Below are positions 55,524-64,000 of a stretch of DNA of 64,000 nucleotides, piece by piece; positions within the stretch are counted from its first letter, which is position 1; the number at the start of each line of letters is the position of its first letter. Source of the DNA: Capsulimonadaceae bacterium (GTDB taxonomy: Bacteria > Armatimonadota > Armatimonadia > Armatimonadales > Capsulimonadaceae); the NCBI GenBank assembly GCA_965215505.1, contig OZ244065.1, forward strand, positions 5,152,001-5,216,000. The letters are read 5' to 3'. A model generated the notes under the pieces. It searched no databases, was not told the DNA's origin, and saw only the letters and a program-made list of their open reading frames with translations. A program made the position numbers and the translations under genes.

Positions 55524-57080
55524 ATGGCACAAAGCGAAGTAGACACCGAACTGGAAACTCTGATCCGGGCGCGCTACCCGATCATCTACGTCGTCTCCTG
55601 GGAGGAGAAGCGCGTCGAGGAGGCTCTGCGCGCCATCACCAAGGCCCGCAACAAAAAGATGTACCAGTGGACCGTCACGCAGGGGATGGTGCTGAACCCG
55701 CTCAACCGCGACGAGGCCACGCGCGACCCGCTGGCCGCCCTGGACTTCGTGATGGAGTCGCGCGACCAGGCCGTCTTCCTGCTGAAAGACTTCCACCCGT
55801 TCCTCAACGACACCTCCCTGGTTCGCCGCCTGCGCGACCTGACGTATGCGCTGAAGACCTCTTATAAGACGCTCATCCTGCTGTCTCCCGTCCTGAAGCT
55901 GCCGCCGGAGCTTGAGAAGGAGATCACGGTCGTAGATTACGCCCTGCCGTCACTGGAAGACTTGGGCAGACTGCTGGACAGCATCATCGAGTCCGTCCGG
56001 GCCAACCCGCAGGTGCAGACGCAGATGACGACCGAGGAGCGCGAGCAGGTCTTGCAGGCCGCCCTGGGGCTGACGGCGACCGAGGCCGAGAACGTCTTCG
56101 CCAAGTCGCTGGTCGAGCGCCGCAAGTTCGACACGGACGTGATTCTGTCCGAGAAAGAGCAGATCATCCGTAAGTCGGCTATCTTAGAATATTACCGTAC
56201 CTCAGAAGCCTTTGCGGATGTCGGCGGGCTGGACCTGCTCAAAGACTGGATGGACAAGCGCACCGTCGCCTTCACCGAAAAGGCCCGCGACTACGGCCTG
56301 CCCGCCCCCAAGGGCATCCTGATCTTGGGAGTTCAGGGGTGCGGCAAGTCTCTTTCCAGCAAGGCCATCGCCTCGCTCTGGAAGCTGCCGCTCCTCCGCA
56401 TGGACGTGGGCAAGATCTTCGGCGGCATCGTCGGCCAGAGCGAGGAGAACATCCGCAAGGCCATCCGGGTGGCCGAAAGCACCGCGCCCAACATCGTCTG
56501 GATAGACGAACTGGAAAAGGGCTTTTCGGGGACGCAGTCGTCGGGCATCAGCGACGGCGGGACCACGGCGCGCGTCTTCGGCACCTTCCTGGCCTGGCTC
56601 CAGGACAAGACCGCGCCGTGCTTCGTCGTGGCGACGGCCAATGACGTGTCCGCCCTGCCCCCGGAACTGCTCCGGAAAGGCCGCTTCGACGAGATATTCT
56701 TCGTGGATCTGCCGGACGAGCCGGAGCGCATAGACATCTTTTCCATTCACCTCAAAAAGCGGCGGCGCGACCCGGCCTTGTTCGACCTCAGAGTCTTGGC
56801 GAAGGCGACCAATGGTTATTCGGGGGCGGAGATCGAGCAGGCCATCATCGCGGCCATGTACGACGCCTTCAACCAGGACCGCGACATCCTGACCGACGAC
56901 ATCCTGAAGGCCGCCGGGCAGTCCATTCCGCTGTCCGAAACCATGAAGGAAAAAATAGACATCCTGCGCTTCTGGGCCGAGACCCGCGCCCGCCCTGCCT
57001 CCTCCGCCCCCGCCGTCGAGACGCAGGAGGCGGGCTTGCAGGAGGACGACGACCGCATCGCGCCGACGGAAGTAGCCTAG
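55524..57080 (+). CDS. Ycf46-like AAA+ ATPase
   Basis: [49 protein letters not shown]. Confidence 0.9.
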   Translation: MAQSEVDTELETLIRARYPIIYVVSWEEKRVEEALRAITKARNKKMYQWTVTQGMVLNPLNRDEATRDPLAALDFVMESRDQAVFLLKDFHPFLNDTSLVRRLRDLTYALKTSYKTLILLSPVLKLPPELEKEITVVDYALPSLEDLGRLLDSIIESVRANPQVQTQMTTEEREQVLQAALGLTATEAENVFAKSLVERRKFDTDVILSEKEQIIRKSAILEYYRTSEAFADVGGLDLLKDWMDKRTVAFTEKARDYGLPAPKGILILGVQGCGKSLSSKAIASLWKLPLLRMDVGKIFGGIVGQSEENIRKAIRVAESTAPNIVWIDELEKGFSGTQSSGISDGGTTARVFGTFLAWLQDKTAPCFVVATANDVSALPPELLRKGRFDEIFFVDLPDEPERIDIFSIHLKKRRRDPALFDLRVLAKATNGYSGAEIEQAIIAAMYDAFNQDRDILTDDILKAAGQSIPLSETMKEKIDILRFWAETRARPASSAPAVETQEAGLQEDDDRIAPTEVA

Positions 57081-57988
57081 TGGAAGGCAAAGCGGACGCC
57101 GCGCTTCTGATGGAGGCGTTCCTGGCGAACATGTCCGCGGAGCGCGGCCTGTCGGCTAACACGCTGGAAGCTTATCGCTATGACCTGACGCAGTTCCTCG
57201 CCTCGCTGGCCGCCCAGGACATCGTCCAGGTCAAGGCCATCACGCCCGGCCACGTCTACGGCTTCCTCGCCGGGCTGCGCCGGGCGGGCCTGCGCCCGGC
57301 CTCCATCGCGCGCAAGACGATCTCGGTAAAGCTGTGGATGCAGTTCCTCTGCCGGGACGGGCATCTTGCCGCCGATCCGACCCTCGCGGTCGAAACCAGC
57401 AAACTCGCGCAGCGCCTCCCGACGACGCTCTCCCTGCCCGAGATCGAGTGCCTGCTGACGGTTCCCTCGGCGGCGACACCGGCGGGCCTGCGTGACCGGG
57501 CGATGCTCGAAACCATGTACGGCTGTGGCCTGCGCGTCTCGGAACTCGTCGCCTTGAAGTCCGAAGACGTGGACCTGCGCGCCCGGCTGGTCCGCCCCTT
57601 CGGCAAGAGCGGCAAGGAGCGGCAGGTCCCCCTCGGCGACGGCGTCCACGACACCCTCACGGCTTACCTTGCTACTTCCCGCCCAGCCCTGCTGGCAAAG
57701 AAGCCGCCCACGCCTTACCTCTTCGTGACCCGCCAGGGCGGACCCATGACCCGGCGGCACTTCCTCGTTCTGGTCAAAGCCTATGCCCGACAGGCCGGAA
57801 TCGCCCGCACCATCTCGCCTCATGTCCTGCGTCACTCCTTCGCCACACACCTGCTCTCCGGCGGAGCCGACCTGCGCGCCATCCAGGAGATGCTCGGCCA
57901 TGCCAGCGTCCAGACCACCCAGCGTTACACCCGCGTAGACGTGGCCCGCCTGCGCGAGGTCTACGACCGGACGCACCCACGCGCCTGA
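57080..57988 (+). CDS. xerD: Tyrosine recombinase XerD-like
   Basis: ERGLS.NT..AY..DL, RDRAMLE.MY.CGLRVSEL, K..KER.VP, SPHVLRHSFATHLL.GGADLR.IQE.LGH, TTQ.YT. Confidence 0.88.
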   Translation: MEGKADAALLMEAFLANMSAERGLSANTLEAYRYDLTQFLASLAAQDIVQVKAITPGHVYGFLAGLRRAGLRPASIARKTISVKLWMQFLCRDGHLAADPTLAVETSKLAQRLPTTLSLPEIECLLTVPSAATPAGLRDRAMLETMYGCGLRVSELVALKSEDVDLRARLVRPFGKSGKERQVPLGDGVHDTLTAYLATSRPALLAKKPPTPYLFVTRQGGPMTRRHFLVLVKAYARQAGIARTISPHVLRHSFATHLLSGGADLRAIQEMLGHASVQTTQRYTRVDVARLREVYDRTHPRA

Positions 57989-58008
57989 TCGGGTATGATG
58001 AGAGCATC

Positions 58009-58593
58009 ATGGACGAATTAGAGACACAAATTCGGGCCGAACTCGCCGCCATCACGGACATACTTGAAAACATCCTGGGCCGCTGGTCGCGCTGGAACGG
58101 CGAGGTGGAGTTGTTGGATGAGGCTGCCGCGTATGGCAAGGCACGTTGGAGTGGCGGCATTGTTCTCAATAGGGGAGTGGCAGCGAGTGAAGCACGTTGG
58201 CGGACCGAAATCCACGAACTGCTGCATACATTCTCGCCGGAACTGACTGCGAGCAGCTATCTTAGCCTGCCGGGATGGAAAGAGGGAATTGTCGAGCAAT
58301 CACAGCGCTCATTGCGCGCCGACATACTCACTCGGCTGTCTGTCACTGTGCCGGATGGAGTGTTTGGCGCCGTGGAAGCTGGGCACGAATACAACCGCTA
58401 CATTTCTGCTTTGGATAAACTCGTCACTATCCTGAATGAGTCGGGCGAAGTGTTCTGTCGGGAGTTGCTGGCAGTTCCTTTAAAGGATCACCCGGCGGCA
58501 GTCATTCAACGAGGACGACAACTACCGTCTGATCAATTTCGGGTGTTTCAACGAGAGTTCGCACTGGCTTTCTCGACTCTGAGGGGAGACTAA
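58009..58593 (+). CDS. Hypothetical protein with HExxH zincin-like motif
   Basis: IHELLH followed by EGIVE; lower GC. Confidence 0.6.
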   Translation: MDELETQIRAELAAITDILENILGRWSRWNGEVELLDEAAAYGKARWSGGIVLNRGVAASEARWRTEIHELLHTFSPELTASSYLSLPGWKEGIVEQSQRSLRADILTRLSVTVPDGVFGAVEAGHEYNRYISALDKLVTILNESGEVFCRELLAVPLKDHPAAVIQRGRQLPSDQFRVFQREFALAFSTLRGD

Positions 58594-58597
58594 CACG

Positions 58598-58822
58598 ATG
58601 CAAGATGAAGCCTCCAAGAAGCAGCTTTGGCTGTCGATCCGTCAGTTGAAGCGTCAGAAGACGTTGCCTGCGATTCGGCAAGCGCAGCAGATGCTCCGCG
58701 ACTGGATGAAGGAACACCCGGACGATTACTCCAGCCAAGATGCCGGTGGGGAACTTTGGATGATGGAGGAAGCGCTGGAAATCATCGAAGCCGAAAAAGC
58801 TGCTGAACTCGCCGCCGTCTGA
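58598..58822 (+). CDS. Small helical hypothetical protein
   Basis: RBS GGGGAG; 4 nt after upstream stop; 74 aa. Confidence 0.6.
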   Translation: MQDEASKKQLWLSIRQLKRQKTLPAIRQAQQMLRDWMKEHPDDYSSQDAGGELWMMEEALEIIEAEKAAELAAV

Positions 58823-58832
58823 GAACCTGCCC

Positions 58833-59996
58833 ATGCGCCGCGTCATCATCATCGTCCTGGACGGCTGCGGGGTGGGGGCCATGCCCGATGCTGCCACCTA
58901 TGGACCGACGGACCCCGCCTCCGCAACACTGCCCCATGTGGCCGAAGCGGTCGGCGTTCTGCACCTGCCCACGCTGGGCTGGCTTGGGCTGGGCAACGTC
59001 GCGGCCATTCAAGGCGTGTCGCCTGTCCAGGCCATCGGCGGCTTCGGGCGCATGGCGGAGGCGTCGGCGGGCAAGGACAGCGTAACCGGCCATTGGGAGC
59101 TGATGGGGATCGTGACGGAGACGCCGTTCCCGACGTATCCAAACGGCTTCCCGCGCGATCTGCTGGCGGAGTTTGAGGCGCGCATCGGGCGCGGGACCTT
59201 GGGGAACGTGGCATCGTCCGGGACGGAGATCATCCGGCGCTTCGGGGCGGAGCATCTGGCGACGGGGAAGCCCATCGTCTACACCTCGGCGGACAGCGTG
59301 TTCCAACTGGCGGCCCATGAGGATGTCGTGCCGCTGGCAGAACTCTATGCCATGTGCGGGGCGGCGCGCGGGTTGCTGACACCGCCGAACAACGTCCAGC
59401 GCGTCATCGCGCGTCCCTTCGTCGGCACGACGCCGGACGACTTCAAGCGGACGGAACACCGGCGCGACTATCCTCTGACGCCGCCCGTCCCGAACTTCCT
59501 GACGGTTCTCCGAGATGCGGGCAAAACGGCGCAGGCTATCGGCGTCGTCGCCGACCTCTTCCCGCGCTCGTACTTCGCCCGTGCCGAGCGGACCCAGAGC
59601 AACCCGGCCCACCTGACGGCGATTTTGGTGGCGGTCCAGACGGGGCGGGAGGATTTGGTCTTCGCCAACTGCGAGGACTTCGACATGCTGTACGGCCACC
59701 GCAATGACCCGGTTGGATTCGCGCGGTCACTGGAAGCGTTCGACGCCGCGCTTGACGGCATCGTCGCCGCACTGCGGCCCGATGACCTGCTGATATTGAC
59801 TGCCGACCACGGCAACGACCCGACGACGGCCTCGACGGACCATTCGCGCGAGTATGTGCCGCTGCTGGTCTGCGGCGGCGGGGTAGGGGGCGACCTGGGA
59901 ACGCGGGCGACGTTCGCGGACGTTGCCGCCACGGCGGCGAAATGGCTGGGGGTCCGGTGGGACGGCCTGGGCAAGACGGCGGCCCCGGTCGGATGA
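58833..59996 (+). CDS. deoB: Phosphopentomutase
   Basis: IVLDG.GVG..PDA, GKD..TGHWE, YTSADSVFQ.AAHE, RVIARPF, DFDM.YGHR.D, TADHGNDP, TDHSREYVP. Confidence 0.95.
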   Translation: MRRVIIIVLDGCGVGAMPDAATYGPTDPASATLPHVAEAVGVLHLPTLGWLGLGNVAAIQGVSPVQAIGGFGRMAEASAGKDSVTGHWELMGIVTETPFPTYPNGFPRDLLAEFEARIGRGTLGNVASSGTEIIRRFGAEHLATGKPIVYTSADSVFQLAAHEDVVPLAELYAMCGAARGLLTPPNNVQRVIARPFVGTTPDDFKRTEHRRDYPLTPPVPNFLTVLRDAGKTAQAIGVVADLFPRSYFARAERTQSNPAHLTAILVAVQTGREDLVFANCEDFDMLYGHRNDPVGFARSLEAFDAALDGIVAALRPDDLLILTADHGNDPTTASTDHSREYVPLLVCGGGVGGDLGTRATFADVAATAAKWLGVRWDGLGKTAAPVG

Positions 59997-60024
59997 CCAG
60001 GGCCGCTTTTGTGTCCGAGGCTGT

Positions 60025-63000
60025 CTAATCGGGTGAGGTCGTCGCCTCATTCCCCGCCGGTGCTGAGGGGGCGACGGGCTGCTGAACCGTCCCCTTGCGC
60101 TCGAACTTGCCCCAGCCGACCAGCGACCCGCGCACGGCGGAGACGAGCGACTTGACGATGACGTAGTACATGAGCTGCCGGTAGACGAAGCGCTGGAAGA
60201 GCAGCCAGACCAGCAGTTTCTTGTCCTCCCGGTCCAGCCGGAAGGCGACCCACGCGCCCAGCAGCTCGATGGCCGAGAACAAGGCCCAGTAGCCCAGCAG
60301 CATGGAGGCGTTCTGATGGCCCGTGTTCGGCGCGATGAAGTGGCTGTAGATCAAGGACCACACGATGGTCAGGTCCACGACCGGCGCGATAGCCTGGAAC
60401 CCGATCTGGTACACCCAGAGTGAAGGCATCGCGACCGTCCCGAATGCGCCGTAGCGCGGGTTGAACATCGCCGACCGGTGCTTCCACAAACACTGCAAGG
60501 TGCCGAAGGCCCAGCGAAACCGCTGCTTGGCGAGGTCGCGCAGCGTGTCCGGTGCCTCGGTGTAGGCCAGGGCCGCGTTGTCGGTGACGATCCGGTAGCC
60601 CAGCTTGCGGATCTTGAAGGTCAGGTCCGTGTCTTCCGCCAGGGTCTGCGACGAGTACATGCCCGCGAGGATTACGGCGTCCTTGCGCCACGCGCCGACC
60701 GCGCCCGGCACGACCGTGATGCAGTTCAGCAGGTCGAAGGCCCGCCGGTCGAAGTTCTGGCTCGTGATGTACTCGACGGCCTGCCAGATGGTCAGCGGGT
60801 TGTTCCGGTTGCCCACCTTGACGTTGCCCGACACCGCGCCGATGGCCGGGTCGGCGAAATGGCGCACCAACTTGTTCACTGTATCGGGCGCGAAGACCGT
60901 ATCGGCGTCGAGCGCGACGATGATCTCGCCCCGGCACTGCTTGATGCCCAGGTTCAGGGCCGACGCCTTGCCGCCGTTCGACTTGCGGATGACCGTCACG
61001 CGCGGGTCTGCGCCATAAGCTGCCGCCACGACGCCGGCCGTGTCGTCTTTGGAGCCATCGTCCACGACCAGGATGTCCAGGTTAGGATACTCGGACGACA
61101 GCAGGGTCGCGATGGTCTTGTTAATGACCTTCGCCTCGTTGTAGGCCGCGATGATGACGCTGACAGTCGGCGCATAGGCCGTGTCAAATACCCTGGCCCG
61201 CTCGCGCCGCGCCTGGACCGTCGCGAGGACGCCCATGAACACCATCCGGCTGATGCCAAGCCCGATCGCCAGCAGGAACAGGACCGTGAAGCCCGTCCCG
61301 ATCCAGTAGCTCAGGTCGAAGATCGCCCGGTCCACCGTCACGCCCCACGAACTCACGGCGGGGAACAGCACGGACTTCGGCTTGCCCACCAGGGCCGAGA
61401 CCGGCACGAACGTGTAGCCGCGCGCCTTCAGGCCCTCGATGATGAGCGGTAGCGCCTTGACCGTCTCGGCCCGCGTGTCGCCGCCCGCGTCATGCAGCAG
61501 AACGGCGTTGCCGTTGTTGGCGTTTGCCAGGACGTTGCTGACGATCTGGTCCGCCTTGATGCCGACCTTCCAGTCGGTCGGGTCAATCTTCTCGCCGATG
61601 AACAGGTAGCCGAGCTGGTCGCCCTGATAGACCGGGTCGAAGTCGGCCGCCGTAGAAGGCTCCGAGTCGGCCCGGTTCGGTGCGCGCCACAGCGTGGTCA
61701 TGTGGCCCGTGATGGCCTCGATGACGCGCTGGGTGGCGTCCAGTTCCAGCCGAGTCTGGAGCGGCGAGACGTTGTCCATCTCGGGGTGCGTGTACGAGTG
61801 GTTGCCGATCTCCATGCCCTCGTTCCACTCGCGCGAGATCAGGCCCGGATGCGCCTCGGCGTTCTGGCCGACCACGAAGAACGTGGCCGGGACGTGTTCG
61901 CGGTGCAGGATGTCCAATATCTGCGGCGTCCACTGCGGGTCAGGGCCGTCGTCGAAGGTCAGCGCGATCTTCTTGGACGTGTTCGCGCCCGTCGCCTGGT
62001 CCACCAGGCCCGTCCTGCGGATGACCCACTGCGAGGGGTACTTGGTGAACGTCTCGCCCGTGATCAGGCCCGACTTGGTGGTCGTGATCGTCCGCGTACC
62101 CTCCGTCGGTGCCTGGGCCACGTCCAGCACGTCTCCCTCCCCGATGAACGTGGTCGCGAACTCCTTGCCGTAACTCAGCAGCGAGAGCCGCTGCGGGTCG
62201 AAGGTCGCCAGCGTCCCGGCCTGCTGCCGGCCGAAGAAGCCCCACAGGCTGGGGTCCTCCTTGCCCAGCTCCCAGATGGCCGCGCCCAGCGTGTGGTAGG
62301 GCAGGGCGGCGCGCATCTGGTTCCAGTTCGTGGTCGCGTCCTGGAGCCAGACCGTGTGCGAAACCTCCCGGCTGCCCGCCCCCTGCGCCTCGTCGCTGTA
62401 GGTGAAATAGGGGCTGAGGCTGACCGGGTCGATGTGGATGACGCCGTCCTCGCCATACCGGTTCTGCTGGGCGACCTGGGCCGCCTGCTGGAACGACATG
62501 TCGGCGGCCTGCGTCGTGCCGTCCTGCCAGTCGTAGCCGTAAGCGCCCAGGCCCAGCACGACCTTGCTTGCGGGGACCTGCGCCATCACGCCCGCAAGTT
62601 CGGACTTGAACCAGTCCTGGCCGGAGATCGCCCCGGCCGCAGTGCCGTCGGAGTGCTGGTCGTAAAGCATCGGGACCAGGAAGTCGTTGGCGCGGGCCAG
62701 CGCGGGCAGGTCGTAGGCGTCGCTGTCGGTCTGCACATCCTGTGTCACCAGCAGGCCGAGTGGGTGGAAGGCCGCCGCGAGCTGGGCCGTGAAGGCCGTC
62801 ATGCCCGCCCTGTCGGTGTCCTGGTCCGTCTCGAAGTCGATGTTGACGCCCTGGTAGTGGCCCGCGACGATGTAATCCTTGAGCTGGCCGATGACGGCAG
62901 TGCGCCGCGCCGGGTCTGCCAGCAGGCTGCGGAGCCAGTCGGTGCGGAACTTGTCGCCGTCGTAGTTCTGGATGACCGGCAGGATGGCGACGCCGTGCAA

Positions 63001-63603
63001 CCGGGCCAGGTCCCGCGCGATGTCGTCATTGCTCTGCTCGTAGCTGGCGGCGTTTGCCGCCGTCTTGACGGTGAACTGGGCGATGGATTTGATCCCCTTG
63101 CCGCCCGGCGACAGCAGGAGCCAGACCGGCAGCAGGTGCGTCGTCTGCCCGACGTGCTGGGTCAGCGAGTCCACGGCGCTCTTGTCGTTGCCCTCGAAGA
63201 AGGCCGCGCGGACCGGACCGGCGACATGGCCGGGTAGGGCGGCGGGGACGGCCTGCGGGCGATGCTCGCGGTTGATCGTCTCCGACAGGTCGCGCTTGGC
63301 TTCCTGCACGGACTGGTTGCGGTTCAGGACGTAATGCAGCTTGGCGCGGGTCCTCGGGTCCACGACGGGCCGCGCCGGCTGCCCCAGCGTTTTGGGGCGC
63401 GCTTCGAGCAGGGCGGGCGCGAGGCCCAGCCGGGCCGCCGTCAACGAGATCGAGGGCAGCTTAGGGCTGAAGACGATGCTGACGGCGAACACGAGGCTTG
63501 CCACCAGCCCGATCAGGCCGGCGGTGATGAAGAAATATGAGACGATGCCCCAACGCCGGTTCGTCTCGTCAAAAAAGATTGGTCTCTGGCCTGAATCGTT
63601 CAC
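60025..63603 (-). CDS. Trimodular GH18-like + polysaccharide deacetylase + GT2 (PgaC/IcaA-like) membrane protein
   Basis: PIFFD...RRW + TM; GVNIDFE, MLYDQH; LTFDDGP, GNHSYTH, LLHDAGG; VDDGS.D, GGKA.ALN, DAD, AEDTD, QRFRW; start GTG 63603 with GGAG RBS. Confidence 0.9.
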   Translation of the reverse strand: MNDSGQRPIFFDETNRRWGIVSYFFITAGLIGLVASLVFAVSIVFSPKLPSISLTAARLGLAPALLEARPKTLGQPARPVVDPRTRAKLHYVLNRNQSVQEAKRDLSETINREHRPQAVPAALPGHVAGPVRAAFFEGNDKSAVDSLTQHVGQTTHLLPVWLLLSPGGKGIKSIAQFTVKTAANAASYEQSNDDIARDLARLHGVAILPVIQNYDGDKFRTDWLRSLLADPARRTAVIGQLKDYIVAGHYQGVNIDFETDQDTDRAGMTAFTAQLAAAFHPLGLLVTQDVQTDSDAYDLPALARANDFLVPMLYDQHSDGTAAGAISGQDWFKSELAGVMAQVPASKVVLGLGAYGYDWQDGTTQAADMSFQQAAQVAQQNRYGEDGVIHIDPVSLSPYFTYSDEAQGAGSREVSHTVWLQDATTNWNQMRAALPYHTLGAAIWELGKEDPSLWGFFGRQQAGTLATFDPQRLSLLSYGKEFATTFIGEGDVLDVAQAPTEGTRTITTTKSGLITGETFTKYPSQWVIRRTGLVDQATGANTSKKIALTFDDGPDPQWTPQILDILHREHVPATFFVVGQNAEAHPGLISREWNEGMEIGNHSYTHPEMDNVSPLQTRLELDATQRVIEAITGHMTTLWRAPNRADSEPSTAADFDPVYQGDQLGYLFIGEKIDPTDWKVGIKADQIVSNVLANANNGNAVLLHDAGGDTRAETVKALPLIIEGLKARGYTFVPVSALVGKPKSVLFPAVSSWGVTVDRAIFDLSYWIGTGFTVLFLLAIGLGISRMVFMGVLATVQARRERARVFDTAYAPTVSVIIAAYNEAKVINKTIATLLSSEYPNLDILVVDDGSKDDTAGVVAAAYGADPRVTVIRKSNGGKASALNLGIKQCRGEIIVALDADTVFAPDTVNKLVRHFADPAIGAVSGNVKVGNRNNPLTIWQAVEYITSQNFDRRAFDLLNCITVVPGAVGAWRKDAVILAGMYSSQTLAEDTDLTFKIRKLGYRIVTDNAALAYTEAPDTLRDLAKQRFRWAFGTLQCLWKHRSAMFNPRYGAFGTVAMPSLWVYQIGFQAIAPVVDLTIVWSLIYSHFIAPNTGHQNASMLLGYWALFSAIELLGAWVAFRLDREDKKLLVWLLFQRFVYRQLMYYVIVKSLVSAVRGSLVGWGKFERKGTVQQPVAPSAPAGNEATTSPD

Positions 63604-63755
63604 GGTGTTCGCTCCCCAAGCGTGCGGCCCCGATGCCGCCCCCTCGTCACTATCACTTCCGTCGGCACTGTACGCCGTCGTCCTCTTTAGAGCGCCGTCC
63701 GGGTGGTAAAAGTTCCACTCAGCGGCCCCGATTTGTGAAAAAGGGCGCAAACTAG

Positions 63756-63785
63756 TTGACTTGCCGGGCGCTTGTGTGTTATACT
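63756..63785 (+). promoter_or_regulatory. Sigma70-type promoter
   Basis: TTGACT-18 nt-TATACT with TGn extension. Confidence 0.5.
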
Positions 63786-63855
63786 CAACCCCGGAAAAAC
63801 ATTGGAAACGCCGTAAAGCGCGTTCAGGGAACCGCCCGCGCTGAAGGGGGCTGCG

Positions 63856-64000
63856 ATGGCCGAGGACGACACGCCGAAACCGGCCCAAGATGACGAAGAG
63901 ACGCCGTATATCGCCGTCCCTTCCCATAGCCCATTGCCCCCCCCGCCTGAGATTCAGTTCACGCGCCCGACACTCGACCGCCGCCCGTCCGCCCCCCGCG
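63856..64000 (+). CDS. N-terminus of a CDS running off the window
   Basis: RBS AAGGGGG, ATG 63856, open to the end (MAEDDTPKPAQDDEETP...). Confidence 0.55.
   Translation, partial: MAEDDTPKPAQDDEETPYIAVPSHSPLPPPPEIQFTRPTLDRRPSAPR

Noticed and set aside
57080-57988. Tyrosine recombinase as island integrase
   Set aside because: Canonical XerD length and motifs, host-like GC, operon context near deoB
63604-63927. 108-aa N-terminal extension of the GT2 fusion
   Set aside because: Overlaps a divergent promoter and CDS; RBS and family start fit GTG 63603

Overview
High-GC bacterial chromosomal segment; gene content and style suggest an Armatimonadota/Capsulimonas-like organism (inference, not verified). 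The housekeeping backbone includes proline dehydrogenase, rfbB, dxs, nanE-ROK, adenosine deaminase, rpiA, accD-accA-hisS, VKOR-DsbA, an M14 peptidase, a Ycf46-like AAA ATPase, xerD, deoB, a GH18-deacetylase-GT2 fusion, tRNA-Val(CAC) and tRNA-Leu(GAG). Five things stand out. (1) A ~10.4 kb minus-strand operon (18662-29073) ends in a 1122-aa tubulin/FtsZ-like (Tubulin_2/FtsZl1-type) GTPase with a SHOCT tail. It is preceded by a membrane-anchored pseudokinase with two Ig/BACON-like domains, a vWA-TM-FHA-like protein, two paralogous TM-coiled-coil proteins and other membrane proteins, and is a candidate membrane-remodelling or conflict system. (2) A low-GC, integrase-free 3.2 kb island at the tRNA-Val 3' end carries an HNH-effector ABC-three-component/Lamassu-type defence system and is bounded by a degenerate copy of the tRNA end. 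(3) A mostly synonymously recoded second copy of the M14 peptidase 3' end brackets an inserted DUF4375-like gene. (4) Two REPIN-like inverted-repeat elements and GTAG-type REPs are present. (5) Several genes are decayed: ThuA and S9-peptidase remnants with internal deletions, and frameshifted GH50-like and DUF4375 genes. All family calls come from recognising motifs by eye, not from database searches.
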